Source: Entomortierella parvispora E1425 (taxonomy: Eukaryota > Fungi > Mortierellomycota). From it: a stretch of DNA of 64,000 nt. The first letter of the stretch is position 1; each line of letters starts with the position of its first letter. Made by a program: the position numbers and the translations under genes. A model generated the notes under the pieces. The model had not been told where the DNA came from. It was given only the letters and a program-made list of their open reading frames with translations, and did not search any database. Shown one piece after another: positions 1 to 15,738 of this stretch. The DNA lies in contig BQFW01000006.1 in the NCBI GenBank assembly GCA_020891255.1, forward strand, positions 2,372,475 to 2,436,474. The letters are read 5' to 3'.

Positions 1-852
1 TCCTTCATCTTTGCTAGAATCCATTGCCTGGAATCGTATCCATTCAGCCCAGTTGCTTTGCCAAACGGTCCAATCTATAGTCACAGCCGGTCCAGTCCGT
101 CGAGCAAGTGAGTGATGCGACATGGCGTCAGCAGCGGTGGACCGGGATGCAGGGTCGATGGGTCCAGTGATGGTCATGGTTGCGCCTCTGTATCGATGGA
201 TGGTTGCCAGTGCGTCGCCCAAGGATCCATGGACCGATGCTTGCCATCCATGGGGGCGGTATCCCAGCCCGTCCAGTTCCCACTGCAGACTCCAGATTCA
301 AAGAAATCCGTCACGTGATATGTACATTTTTTTGATTTGTTGAAACGAAAAGACCGAACAAAGACCGCGGCCCTCGCTGCCATAAAAAAGCCAGCAGACC
401 CACGGCCCAAAATCCAGGCTGCACCCTTAAGAGAGAACACTGGGCGAACGTGCGAAGCCTAGAAACTCACATCAAGTTCATCATTACCCTGTGTTCAATG
501 GGCACCACCGAGACTGCTGGTTGATTGTCCTTGTTGATGGTCGCTGCTGAATAGTTTGTGATTATTGGATGATGTCCAGATTTATTGGGATGTAGGAGAA
601 AAAATGTGGAATGGGGAGGAAAGACGGGAAAAAACTGTACAAATAACTGAAAAGAAGGGGGGTGAGAGAAAGCAAGAGCGCAAAAAAAGGCAAGGGGTCA
701 TGACCTCCCACGAGAGCATAGAAAAGGGGATATATGGAAAAAAAAAAGAGGTTTTTCTCTTCTCGCAGCAAGGATTGAATGGTATCGCTACCATCCCGAT
801 CCTAATGATGTCCGTTCCAATTGCCCTTCTTTGGTCCAGGTGCTTTCATTCT

Positions 853-3634
<2,782 letters not shown>

Positions 3635-3805
3635 GGTATATGGATAGAGATAAGATAGTCTTGAGGAAGAGTAGAGGTTGATTGGGGAGAAGAGGGGAAG
3701 AGGAAGGCAGGAGAGGTGGCGAAGATATAGAAGGGAAAGCTGAAGGTGGGAAAAACAGATTGTGAAAAGGGAAAAGAACAGATGAGGAATGGAATGGGGA
3801 GCGGC

Positions 3806-3812
3806 TTTTATA
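3806..3812 (-). promoter_or_regulatory. Putative TATA box (TATAAAA) of GFA1
   Basis: TATAAAA on the minus strand about 170 bp upstream of the ATG, followed by a pyrimidine-rich putative 5' UTR. Confidence 0.45.
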
Positions 3813-6234
3813 CATGCGGCAGCCTGCTGTCTGTGCTTCTTTGCTCCTTCCTTTCCTTTGTGCGATTGAATTGAAGGGTTTCGCTGCCTTCTTTCTGCAC
3901 GCAGGCAGCACGGGGGGAACATCCATCCTTCACTAATCATTCAGTCCATTCTATTCAATCGCTGCCTGGCCGGGGCAGAGGAAACCTTGTTCCTGCCTGT
4001 GCCTGTGTCTGCGCTGGCTCGCCCTTCCTTCCCTTTTCTAGCATTCTATCTGTCTCTCTTTTCCCTCTTCTCTTGGACTCTTTTTGTTTTTCTCTCTGTG
4101 CCAGCCCGCACGTCCGCCTCCTTGCCTGTCCTTGTCCTTCGTTCAACCAACCAGCGAACGAACGAACAAAACAAGCGAGCCATTGATGCGATGGGAGCAA
4201 AAGCAAAGGGCTCAGTCCTCCGTCCCTTTCATTTCCACAGAGAGTAAGAAAACTAGCAGGATCACTCCTCCAGCAGAGCGTCCTTCCGTGACCATCGCGA
4301 TCCATCGCAACACAGAACAGAATGCCGTTTGATGACTTGGAGGTGTCCACGGATACACTTCGACCACTCCAAAACACACACATCTCGAGGCAGGGACCCA
4401 GCACAAACAATAAGTGCTGCTCAACTTTCTTATTTGGTCTTCCGCTCTCGCCTTGACTATCTTCATTTCCAATTGAACAAACTCTTTAGAATTGTAATAT
4501 GGCCTGCACCCCAGCAGCAGCCAGCAGTTGGTCAGCCTTGCTGTCCATTCCTCCGCCTCGCTTGTCCACAGTCATAACCTAAAAATAAAAAGCTTTCATG
4601 TATTTTTACAACCACTCTATGGCGACGCCCTTGTCCAATCAGCACCCTGCCACGGATACAACTTTCGTTCAGTTTCTCTCTGTGTTTCTGTGGCTGCACC
4701 TCTGTTGCTGTTACGAAAGAACATGGGGAGAACGACATCATCTTCTTGTGTTGCTATCGAGAGACTCTTCATATGTCTGGGAGATGAGAGCCATCCTCCT
4801 CTCGTCCACTTTCCCAGTCCATTGCTTATCCTCGGTCCTGTTCCGCCAGTTTATTTTTATGTTTTTGTGGAGTGCTTCCAAAGTGTGTGCCTTGGGCAAC
4901 TGGGCCATTGGCGAACAGTGCCTCATTAAAACCAGTCAAGAGATGGTCAGGGAAAATTGTATCCGTGGAAACAATCGAGGCCACGAGAAAAGCCATTCCC
5001 CTCGATTGCGTCGTTGGCTGGGCCACACGACCGACAACTGTTTGCTTTGCCCAGAGGTTGTTTGTTGCCCTGCCACCCTTGCTCTCTCTATCTCTATATC
5101 CATATCTCTATATTATTGCTCGCTGTTCAATATGTCTTCTTGACCAAAAGATTGCCTTTCGGCCCCTAGTGCCGAATGGATACACGCGAGCAAAGGAAAC
5201 GAAAAACGCTCTGTCGCCAGCCGGTGTCCCACTGGAATCAAAAAATAAATTTCCCTCTTTCTCTTTCTGCGCTCTCCCTTATCCTGAGCCGTCTTTTTTT
5301 TTTTTTTCTGCTGCTTATCTTTGCCGACCTTATCGTTCACCTCTTCATCCTTCACGGTCTCTATTTAGGTCATACCGGACTTTTTGCAGTCCTATTTTCG
5401 GGTTTTTATTTCGCTCTCACACGCTTTTCACTCATGGGTTGCACCTCCTTGTTCTTTCGTCGTTGCTCCTCTCTCTGCTGTATCTCTCCCTGCGGCTGCC
5501 ACAAGTCTTTGCACGGCGCGTTCGCTCTCATGAAAAAGAGGAAACAAAAAGATACGCGATGCCTACGCGGCGCGGATCCCTCCAATAATTGCGTATTTTT
5601 TTTGGTCATTCGGCGTTCAATGGCGCTCTGGCTGTTTTCACAGCTCTTTGTCTCCATGACAAGTGTTATCTCAGTTTATTTTTACATCATTGAACGGGCG
5701 GGAAGGAAAAACCCAAGGAAGTGATGAGGTCCCCCCCCCCCTGCCTGCCTTCCGTCTTTTCCCCTCCTTCCCCCTCGGAGAGGACCCAAGACATTGCATC
5801 AATGAAATCGACTGGCTCAAAGTCCCGAGACCCCGACCCATGCAGAGCCCCCTTTTCAGGACAACCCTTTCTATGGATTCTTTTTTAGAGATGATCGCGT
5901 GAGATGTTCCTGGACTCGAGGTCGCAAACTCCTCGGAAGACGCGTCGAGGAGCAAGCGCAGGCACACTGCAGACAGCACTGTGAGCAAACAGCACTAGTG
6001 GCACGTGATGCGACCATGTCGTCACGGAATTTTTTCACGACTTTTCAACTCACGCGTCGCCATGGACCGAGGGCGGACCAAGGGACGACAAGGTCTACTG
6101 CTGCTAAAAAAACAGACCATTGCTGCCCCGTGCGTGGGCTAAGGGGTGCAACTACGTTGCCCCTCTGTTGCACTCTTTCCTCGCCTTCATCCATTCCATT
6201 TACATTTCGCCCTCTTTGGACAACCTCATTCACC

Positions 6235-8925
6235 ATGGCGGAAGAAAAACCAACGAGCTTTGTAGTCGATATCGAGCAGGCGCGCACTGCCCCCTCTCCC
6301 AACAGGTCCACGATGCCTGCCTCCCCTCCTTCTCCTACCTTGCCAATCTTCACTCGGCCTCCTACCACGACCAAGAAAAGAAGCGGTCGTGAGAGTCCCT
6401 GTGGGCCATTTTCGTGGTTGGTCCAACTCTTGAATGAAAACCCAACAGCAGTCAGAAGCGGTCGATACTCTATCAAATTCCGTCAAATTCTGGCCCTGGT
6501 CTTGATGCTCTTGGTCCTGGGTGGCCTCTGGTTCTCCAAAAGCGAATCCTTCTCAAAGACAACGCCCATTTATCACACACCAAACGATGTCCAGGAAGGC
6601 TCCGCGCATCAGAAACCATCCTCGGACGACTTTTGGATCCATCCCATTGTGGAGGAGCCCCCTAAAGAGCCAAAGGTGGCTGATGTCTTTCGATTACAAC
6701 TCTCTGGGAAGGCCCTGGAACGATATGATAGAGTCCGAGGCAAAAACACATTCTCGAGCCTCCCTAAAATCCAGCATTCCTTCCAGGAAAGGGAAACCGA
6801 CACTGATCGTTTTGTACGGGAACAGCGACTGGAAAAAATTCGGGAGGGCTTTGAGCATGCTTGGAAGGGCTACAAGGCTCATGCTTGGGGACACGATGAG
6901 GTGGTCCCTACCAGAGGAGGACACCGGGATTCCTTTGGTGGTTGGGGCGCGACCATTGTTGATAGCCTGGATACACTGGTGATCATGGGCTTTAACGAGG
7001 AATTCGACGAGGCTCTGGAGTGGGTAAAGACGGAATTCGACATGACCAAGAACCCAACAGCCCATCTGTCGTTCTTTGAGACGACGATTCGATACCTGGG
7101 CGGCTTCCTGAGCGCCTATGATTTGACAGGTGAAGAGATCCTGCTGCAAAAGGCTACAGAGTTGGGCGACTATTTACTGAATGCGTTTGTGGACGGCAAT
7201 GAGTTCCCGTCCAGCACCTTTACAATTGACAAGCCGTCCAACCGTGCTTCGGGAATTCATGTCCTGGCGGAAATTGGGACGATCCAGGTCGAGTTTACAA
7301 GGTTGTCGGCCCTGACAGGTAACCCGATATACGACCAAAAGGTGGGTGTTTTGGGAAGACAATATGGAAACACTTGAGTACTTTTTTTTTATTCTTTATA
7401 TCGAACATCTAATCATGAACTTCTTTGGACAATGATGTAGGCTCAGAACATCATTGACGTCCTCTCCACCGCTACATCAGACCTACCAGGGATTCTTCCT
7501 AGCCGGGTCCCATCGGGAAAGAACAAATCATATCAAAACTTCAAAGCTTCTATCGGTGGAATGGCAGATAGCTATTACGAGGTAGGAGACGATTGCGAAC
7601 ACGCTGAGAGTACGTTACGATTGCAAGCTCTGGCAAGGGACTGACTTCTATTTACTCTTCCAATTTTTGCTGTAGTATCTCCTCAAAGAATGGATCTTGC
7701 TCGATGGAAAAGTGGCAAAGTACAGGGACATGTGTAAGGGTTGCAGTTGAGAATGACAAAGCGAATCATATTCAAATAGAGTGGAAGCACATGCTAACCA
7801 CGGATGTTTTTGTTGAATAGTTGAAATGGCGATGACTTCTTTGAAGTCTTTTATGGTCAGTCGACCAGACAATGGTTCGTCTGACTACGCCATTGTTGGG
7901 CAAGTCTATACTTCAGAAAAGAACATTGATACCCAGATGGATCACCTTGTAAGTCATTCATTCTCGGCTTCTGAATGTGATGCATGGAGAAAAAAAAGGG
8001 GGCTAGTTTTTTTTTTTTTTTTTTTTTTTTGACAATAATGAGATGTCTTTGTGATACCATTCTTCACAGTCTTGCTTCATTGCTGGATCTCTGGCTATGG
8101 GCTCCAAATACTTTGATAGACCCGAGGACCTTATTCTGGCGAGACAGGTCGCAGAGGCTTGCTATCTTGGCTACCGCTCTTCTGAGACTGGATTGGGACC
8201 GGAGACAATGCAGTTTTCGGGCAAGCAGGGCACTAGAGGTGATGTCTTCATTTCCGAACCAGACACGTTCTACAAGAGAGGCCAGGGCAGCAACGTTTAT
8301 ATCCTTCGACCTGGTAAGGGTTCATCCTATGACAGTTTCGCTTCTCAAAAAACCCCCCCAAATTATACTTAATAATCTCGCCTGGCAATCGTAGAAACGG
8401 TCGAGAGTCTTTGGATTCTTTATCGCCTCACAGGAGACAAAAGATACCAAGACAAGGCATGGGAAATATTTGAGGTAGCAACCGTTGCAAAAATAACTTT
8501 GAGCGAACAGGAAATAGAAAAGGAACGAAGACCATCTCTTTTTTTACCCACACTTATTGATCTTTTCTCGTCTTACAACTTGGATACAGGCCCTTCAAAA
8601 GCACAGCCGTACTGATATTGCCTACTCTGGACTCATGGACGTCAACCAGGTCCGCTCATATGATAACAAGATGGAGAGGTATATATCCAGAAAAAGAAGA
8701 AAAAAAACATCGCAGGCATGTCGAGACTTTGAGGAGGATCACACTAACACACGATATTGCGCCACAACTTTCTCTGCGTCTTCTAGCTTTTTCATGGCAG
8801 AAACCATGAAGTACCTCTATTTGATGTTCTCAGAACCCAACGTTATTTCTCTTGACGACTTTGTTCTCAACACCGAGGCGCACCCTGTCCGAAGGGTCGA
8901 GAAATTGACACAGGACCACATGTAA
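6235..8925 (+). CDS. Class I alpha-1,2-mannosidase (GH47), type II membrane protein, multi-exon
   Basis: TM segment [15 protein letters not shown], then [68 protein letters not shown] and LNTEAHP. GT-AG introns join the frames. The start Met (MAEEKP) is inferred. Confidence 0.93.
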
Positions 8926-8953
8926 ATAGTTTATTCACGCACTGTCTCCGTAC

Positions 8954-10566
8954 TCAGACCAAAAGTCTCCCGGTTGGATAAAGAGCATAGACACTCTGTG
9001 TCCCATCATTGTTCTCAATGATCTCCAACGCGCCGACGTGCCCGCCATAATATTTGCTAATACCCACATCAATGTCGAGATAACTGCCGCCACAGAGCGA
9101 CAGGACCTTGCCTGTCTTGTGTTGTGGCGTATGTCCTGAGATGAGGCGATTGACCTACATGTGAAGCAGTGCGAGGCATTGGTTTAAGTCTGGTTGAAAC
9201 GTGTTTTTACGTTGCGACAGCCCAACCTTTGGAGATTGATCTTTTTTCTTACCCCAAGGATCTTTTTGACACTCTCAACAGTCTTGCACGTTTCTTCTAA
9301 TCCACCCTCTTGAGATGCAAGTGCACGGTTCCATACCGGTCCTAAGTTTGGGTTTGGGCGATCCATGTGGAGATGTTCAGTTCATAGATAAGATCGTCAG
9401 TGCCGGCTCGGACATTGTCTGTGAGGAGGAAGGATCAGCTTACCTTTTGTTGTAAAGATGGGGGCCCTGTGTTCACCATTCATGATGGCTTGGGTCGCCA
9501 AGAAGTTCATGTCGTCCACGCCGACTTTGGCCCATTCTGGATGCATGTCAGCATGACTAAAGACTGTGTGGCCATGGTGGATATGACTGATGTTGAAGTT
9601 GTTCAAGACAAACTTGCCCAGCCAGCCCGATCGGACATCCCAAGCCTCTTTTCGCTTCTGTCGACCGCCAAAAGAGGCATAGTCCTCTTCTGTGACATAA
9701 CGCAGGTCGCCTCCAATGTTCATGACTTCGTGGCTAGAGATAAGGGCCAAAAAAAGCAGTGTCAGTGAGTTGTTCATAACAATGACAAGAAGACGGGGCA
9801 TAGCTCCCGTTCCATCTGCGCCCACCGGTCCTTACTTTCCCATCAGGTTGATCACCTACGGACGACAACAAAACAGAAAAATAAGTCAAATTGTCAGTCT
9901 GTCAGGTCAATCCGTCCGTTGACAACTCCTGATCGTCCAAATGTGGCGTTCTTTGGACGCATGCAATCCCGTTACCTCTCCTCCTACAGACCTGGCCTGC
10001 GCCCTCAGTTTCTCGAACAAGCGAAAGACAGCGATCGTGTCTGGACCTCGATCGACCAGATCGCCCTATGCAAGCGAGATGGATTGATCATGTGTACAAA
10101 GAAAAAGTCATGGCGTCAACTGTTAAGTCGGAGAATTGTCCAGATGCAAAGATGTGCGCTTATCGAGCAACGAGGTGAAGAAGAGAAACGAACAGACGCG
10201 TACCGTCTGGATAAGTGTATCCTGGCCGCCGGACCAGTTTTCCTCCCGGTCGACCATGCTGGCGAGTCGGAGGACAGCAAGGGTCTGGGGATAGTCCGAA
10301 TGGAGGTCGCCCACGGCCACGATCCTATTATTGACGCGGGCAGGATGAGGAAGGGGAGGACGGGGATGTTCAAAGGAGAGCTGTGCGTCGTCTGGGTGCG
10401 TCCAAGGGGTCTGAGCGCGCTCGGCGTGGGCACCCTGCAGAGAGAGGGGAGCGGCTAGGAGGATGGCCACGAGGGCGACGAGCGCAAGGAGGTGCTGGCA
10501 GCGAGAGGTGGCGACTGCAGAAGAAGCAGAGGCAGACCAAGGAGACCAAGACGAAGAAGGATGCAT
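8954..10566 (-). CDS. Calcineurin-like metallophosphoesterase (Shewanella-like/SLP type) with N-terminal signal/anchor
   Basis: Motifs AVGDLHSD, GDLVDRG-like exon, (G)DLRYV after the NHE region, SHADMHP, GHTPQ and IDVGIS. Hydrophobic N-terminal segment. Last exon read manually to the TGA at 8954-8956. Confidence 0.85.
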
Positions 10567-10866
10567 GGTTGGGAAGAGGGTCGGTAGGACAGGCAGGACA
10601 GCAAGACAGCAAGACAGGTAGGACAAAGAAGGCCAGACAGACAAGGCAAAGAAAGACAAGGCAGGAGCACAGGAGAATGGGATCAAAGGGGGGCAGGATG
10701 CATTGACCAAGGTGGATGAGGATGAAGACTCCTTTTCGTCTCCTCGAGACTAGGATGGGTATTGGGGCAGGAGCAGGGGGGAGAAGAGAAGGGACGACAA
10801 GGGACGACAAGGGAAGGGAAAGAGAAGAGAAGGGAAAGAGAGTGGAGAGTGGAGTGTCACCGTCCG

Positions 10867-10910
10867 TCTCTTCTCTCTTCTCTCTTCTCTCTCTTCTCTC
10901 TTCTCTCTTC
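10867..10910 (+). repeat. (TCTCTTC)n pyrimidine microsatellite in the divergent promoter region
   Basis: About six imperfect 7-mer copies, followed by further CT tracts to about 11100. Confidence 0.6.
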
Positions 10911-10988
10911 TTTGCCTGCTCCCATTTGCCATCCTTCTCTTCATCCCATCCTGGCCTGTTCCTCTTTGTCCTGCCACTGCCGTTCTCT

Positions 10989-11021
<33 letters not shown>

Positions 11022-11343
11022 CTCTCTCTTGACCTACTCCTCTCCTACCTCCAGACCGAAGGCAACTCAAACAGGACTCTTTGACTCTCCCGCCCTCTCT
11101 CTTCTTTCCTCTATCGGTCCATCCCTCCATCAACGTAAGCAAGAGACCTTCTCTTCTCATTCTTTTCATTCTTTTCATTCTTCATCCACCTTAGAAAGCG
11201 TCTCTCTGAAGGACCAACCCGACTCGCTGTCCTGGCATGGATGGGAATCCCCCTCCGGGACGGGCCTTCCTTTGCCTTCCTTTTGACAATGTTCATGCAA
11301 CTCATATATCCTTACTTCTTTCTTCTCCTAGGCACCCGTCACC

Positions 11344-14125
11344 ATGTCCTGGTTGCACTCCAAGAGTAAGAACAATGAACAGGACGCCTTGGACCTTCTT
11401 GCCCCTCACTGTCTTCCCGAGGATACAATGTTTCTCGTTCGTCTGCGCACGACAGCCATGGACTGATTCTAGGATGATGACCCCGACAGCCTCAGACTGG
11501 ACCAGGAACATTCATGACCCACCCTCATTCAGCCCTTAGTGCGTTGTTCGACAAAGACAGAGCAGCCCGTATGTGCGACTAGACTACATCAATGACGGCA
11601 ACAAATATAGCCAGGACAAGTACAACGACGTCAAACCAGGGGCGCAAGGAAGCATAGATGCATGGCTGCAGAAACACGGACCAGCAAAAACAGGGCAGGG
11701 CAGGATTCGCAAGGGGACAGGCTGGCTGGCAGACTTGCAGACTGGCAGACTGGCAGACAAACAAATACAAAACCAAAAAAAAAAAAAAAGAGAGACCCGC
11801 ATCTTTCAAACCAAGGAACTGAACTCTTCCCCTTGCCCTCTCTCTCCCCCTTCTGTCTTCTAGAACACAAGGAAAAGGAGCGTGAGAAGGAGCGCGAGAA
11901 AGAAGCTGCAGCCCTGTCTGCCAACTTCAACTCGTCTCTCCACATCAAATCCTCCGGCTCCCCCCCACCGAGGTCGTCGGACGGTAACGGCCATTCTCAT
12001 GCTGGATCCTCCTCCTCCACACACTCTTCCTCCACGGCTGTCCCAGGAGGTAGCTCGCCTTCATCCTCTGTCCAGACTCTGCCGAATGGCGCCAGTTCCA
12101 ACAGCAAGACGGAAGGTGGAGGAGCTGCCAAAACCGGCCTTTTGATTATCCGCGTTGTTGAAGCTCGAGGACTGACCCTTCCTCCTGGATCCACCAACCC
12201 GCCTTTTGTACCCAAGCAACAGCCACAGCAAACCACCAACAGCAACCGAGAATCTCTTCAACGGAAATGGTGGCTGCCCTATGCTGTTCTGGAGTTTGAC
12301 AAGAACGAGGTCTTGATCGATGCACTGGGAGGAGAACTCTCAAACCCCGTCTGGCAGTACAGAGCTCATTTGTAGGTGAAATTGAAAGATGAAAAGGGAG
12401 AGGACTAATTGTCTCCCATCGGGCTTACAATCTACTGAAATTGGCACGGCAAGGATCAGGGACACAGGAGCCACCCGCTTATGATTGAAAGACATTTCTC
12501 TGGAAACGGACCAGGCGTTCTTTTCTGTCGACCTGTGACTAACTTTGTCCTCCAATTCTACTATTTCTACACAGCGATGTCTCTCGCGTTTCGGATGTGC
12601 AATTATCCCTTTATATCCGTATCCCCAACCCCAAGGTCATGGCCTCACTGGAGAAATCTGACAACATGCGTGAGAGTGAAACCTCGAGCGAGGATGTGTT
12701 CTTGGGCCATGTGAAACTAGACCCCCGCTGGGACGAACAGATGCAGGATGACTGGTTCACCCTCCTTGGCGGAACCGGAAAAGTGCGCGTGCAGGTCACT
12801 TATAAGCGGGACAACGTAAGCTTTAGGACGAATCGGATTTCATTTCTCATACCAGGAACTGCTTGACCAACCTTGTAGTTCTACTCATTGAACCTTTTAG
12901 GCAAATACCCCATTGACGATCGACGCATTCGATCTGCTTAAAGTGATTGGAAAGGGAAGCTTCGGAAAGGTAGTGCTACGCTATCGAAAAGTCTGCTCCA
13001 TCATGTCCTTCATCCTGGTATCGTGGCTCACTTTGATTTTTCTGTTGGTCCGTGACATTATAGGTCATGCAAGTTCGCAAGCGCGACACATCCCGAATCT
13101 ATGCAATGAAAATTATCAGAAAGGCGCACATCATCTCTCGCAGCGAGGTCAATCACACACTGGCGGAACGAACAGTGGCAGCCCAGATCAACAATCCATT
13201 CATTGTCTCCCTCAAATTCTCTTTCCAGTCACCCGAGAAGCTGTATCTCGTTCTTGCGTTTGTGAACGGCGGTGAGCTGTTCCACCATTTGCAGCGGGAG
13301 GGACGGTTCAGCGAAGAGCGATCTCGATTTTACGCAGCCGAGCTGATGTGTGCTCTCGAGTGTCTACACGGATTCAATGTGGTATACCGAGACCTCAAGC
13401 CCGAAAACATTCTGTTGGATTACACAGGTCATATTGCACTTTGCGACTTTGGACTGTGCAAACTGGGCATGACTGAAACCGAGACGACAAACACATTCTG
13501 CGGCACGCCAGAATACCTTGCTCCTGAACTATTGCTCGGTCAAGGCTACACCAAGACAGTAGACTGGTGGACGTTGGGTGTATTGTTGTATGAGATGATG
13601 ACAGGACTGCCGCCATTCTATGACGAGAACATTCACGAGATGTACCGCAAGATCTTGCAGGACGAACTTCGATTCCCAGACGACGTAGCACCAGATGCAC
13701 GTTCACTTTTGACGGGATTGCTTACCAGGGATCCTAACGAGCGTCTGGGCAACAATGGATCAAGTGCGATCAAGCAACATCCATTCTTCAAGCCAATCTC
13801 ATTCCCTCTGTTGATGGCCAAGAAGATCCAACCTCCTTTCAAGCCCTCTGTGACATCTGCAATCGACACTTCCAACTTTGATGAAGAGTTTACGAGCGAG
13901 GAACCATTGGATTCAGTGGTCGAATCAAGTTTCTTGAGCGAGACGGTGCAACTGCAGTTCAAGGGATTCACTTATAACCCAGCCAACGATGGCGTCTTGG
14001 GCGCGAGTATAGCAAATCACCATGGAGGACCTCTGGGAACATCTTCAGACAGGGATTCGAGGACACTGGCGTCTTCGAGCCGCGCTGGAGCAGCCATGGG
14101 GCAATCCTCGAGAGGGGGATACTAA
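11344..14125 (+). CDS. YPK1: AGC-family Ser/Thr kinase Ypk1/Gad8 (C2 domain plus kinase)
   Basis: 22-nt first exon MSWLHSK spliced (11366-11863) in frame to KHKEKE. C2 region LPYAVLEFDKNEVLI. Kinase motifs GKGSFGKV, YAMK, YRDLKPEN, DFG and TFCGTPEY, plus hydrophobic motif FKGFTY. Confidence 0.93.
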
Positions 14126-14523
14126 GGAGGGAATCAACGAGCGAATTACTTCCAAGGCCAGGAGTGCGTCTGTTGGAAAAGATATCAGAGGAGCAACAGC
14201 ACCAACACATCACTCGAAGGCATCGTAGAAAAAGAAAATAAAAAAAAAAAAAAAAAAACACTGACAGTGACTCGTGGTGTTTTTGCAACTGACGGATGGC
14301 CAGGCGAATGAACCCGCCAAGTTCACACTTGGTCCGCTGCAACGATCCCCTGCAGCGTCTACACTGGGGGGTCCTTATATCGATCATGACGAGCTGGAGA
14401 GGTGATTTTTTTTTTGCGGCGAAAATTGGTGGCAACTTTATTAAGGGTCTAAATTCGACTCGAAGAATCAATGGTATAAAGACGCCATCCTCCCACCATG
14501 GAAACCATCGGGAACAAGTTCTG

Positions 14524-14597
14524 GCTTCCGTGGCGCAATTGGTTAGCGCGTCTGACTGTTAATCAGGAGGTTGGTGGTTCAAGCCCACCCGGGAGCG
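14524..14597 (+). tRNA. tRNA-Asn(GTT)
   Basis: Acceptor GCTTCCG/CGGGAGC, anticodon arm TCTGA-CTGTTAA-TCAGG, T arm GGTTCAAGCCC, and a T5 terminator about 15 nt downstream. Confidence 0.96.
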
Positions 14598-14725
14598 TAT
14601 AGAGTCCTTCTCTTTTTGCCACTCCGGACCGAGAATGAAGTGCTGGGATTGAATCTTGGTAAGAGGGAAAGCGGCAAGATCAGTTTTTTGTTCGTGGACG
14701 ACAAGCGAATTCATCTTATTGCTGT

Positions 14726-15738
14726 CTATCTAAAAACTCTATCCTTTTCCTGATGGGGGTTGCTTTCGACAGGAAAAAAGTGGATGAGAATGAAGAGGAT
14801 CATGCTGATGATAGACACAACAATGACAAACACCTTTCGCTGGTCAGCAAGACTGTTGTTGTCTCTGGAGTCCTGCCACGACTTTTGGTGCTCCTGAATT
14901 TGTCGGTCCAGCCCTGGTAATGGGTATTTTTCAGCGAATTTGGAAGCAACATCTCCGTTCCAATGGTACATCTGAACTGGCCCCCGACCTGACAGAGAAA
15001 AGGTGATCCCAACATTAATTAAAAAAAAACGAAATTCGAAAAAAAAAAACTCCTGTCAAGATCTTTTCCAAGGAACCGGGTCCCTAATCAGATGCGAGGG
15101 CTTCTTCTTACCTGTGTCTTCGTCCTTGAGATCCTGCTGCTGTCCGATGCAAACATTCTCTGTCCGAGCTTGACGACATACGCGCTCCCATTCTCGAGCT
15201 AAAAAACAAAGAACAAGATCAATTTTTTTCCCTTTTTCTTTTCTCTCTCTCTTTCAAGGAGGAGGCGCGGTGATCACTGCATCTTACTGGTAAGGACTAT
15301 GTCCTTGTCCTTGAGATCCTGCCTCTGCCTGATGAGATTTTCGTGCTCCCTCTCAAGACGACTCCGACAAAGAGTTCTGTCCATATCATACAAATCCATC
15401 TTGTGGAACTGCTGAAACGCTTTTTGGGGCACCATCCTGGTTGGATTGATAAAGTCGCATTCCTTCAACAGATGTCGGATGATCAGTTGATCCTGCTCAG
15501 TCTTGATTATGGCCTGGTTCAATTCAGCGCGTTGAACTAAAAAATGTCCTTGGTCCTTTGAATGATGTTTGTACTTTTCCTCTTGACAGGCCCCATGCTG
15601 AAGAAGCTCATCATAACCCCGCATGCAGCCTTCACAACACAACGACTGCTGGATATTCGTAGAGGAGGCGGTGGTGCTTCCTTCATACTGCGAAGAGGTC
15701 CACAGTCCGGGCTTGGTGGTCGAAGAGCCTCTTTGCAT
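14726..15738 (-). CDS. Hypothetical coiled-coil protein with C-terminal transmembrane helix (3 exons, about 265 aa)
   Basis: Two GTAAGA...AG introns join ORFs 15274-15738 and 14726-14971 in frame through a middle exon (TREWERVCRQ...DEDT). TM segment VFVIVVSIISMILFILIHFF. Confidence 0.6.

Noticed and set aside
4528-5724. Overlapping 130-240 aa ORFs between GFA1 and the mannosidase
   Set aside because: Non-ATG or weak starts, F/L/S-rich composition from T-rich DNA and no motifs; probably promoter/UTR sequence.
8006-8030. Long poly-T/poly-A runs (also near 14236, 34034, 35874, 48120, 55164, 58601) as retroposition scars
   Set aside because: They lie in introns or UTRs with no TSDs or associated element bodies and are common throughout this genome segment.
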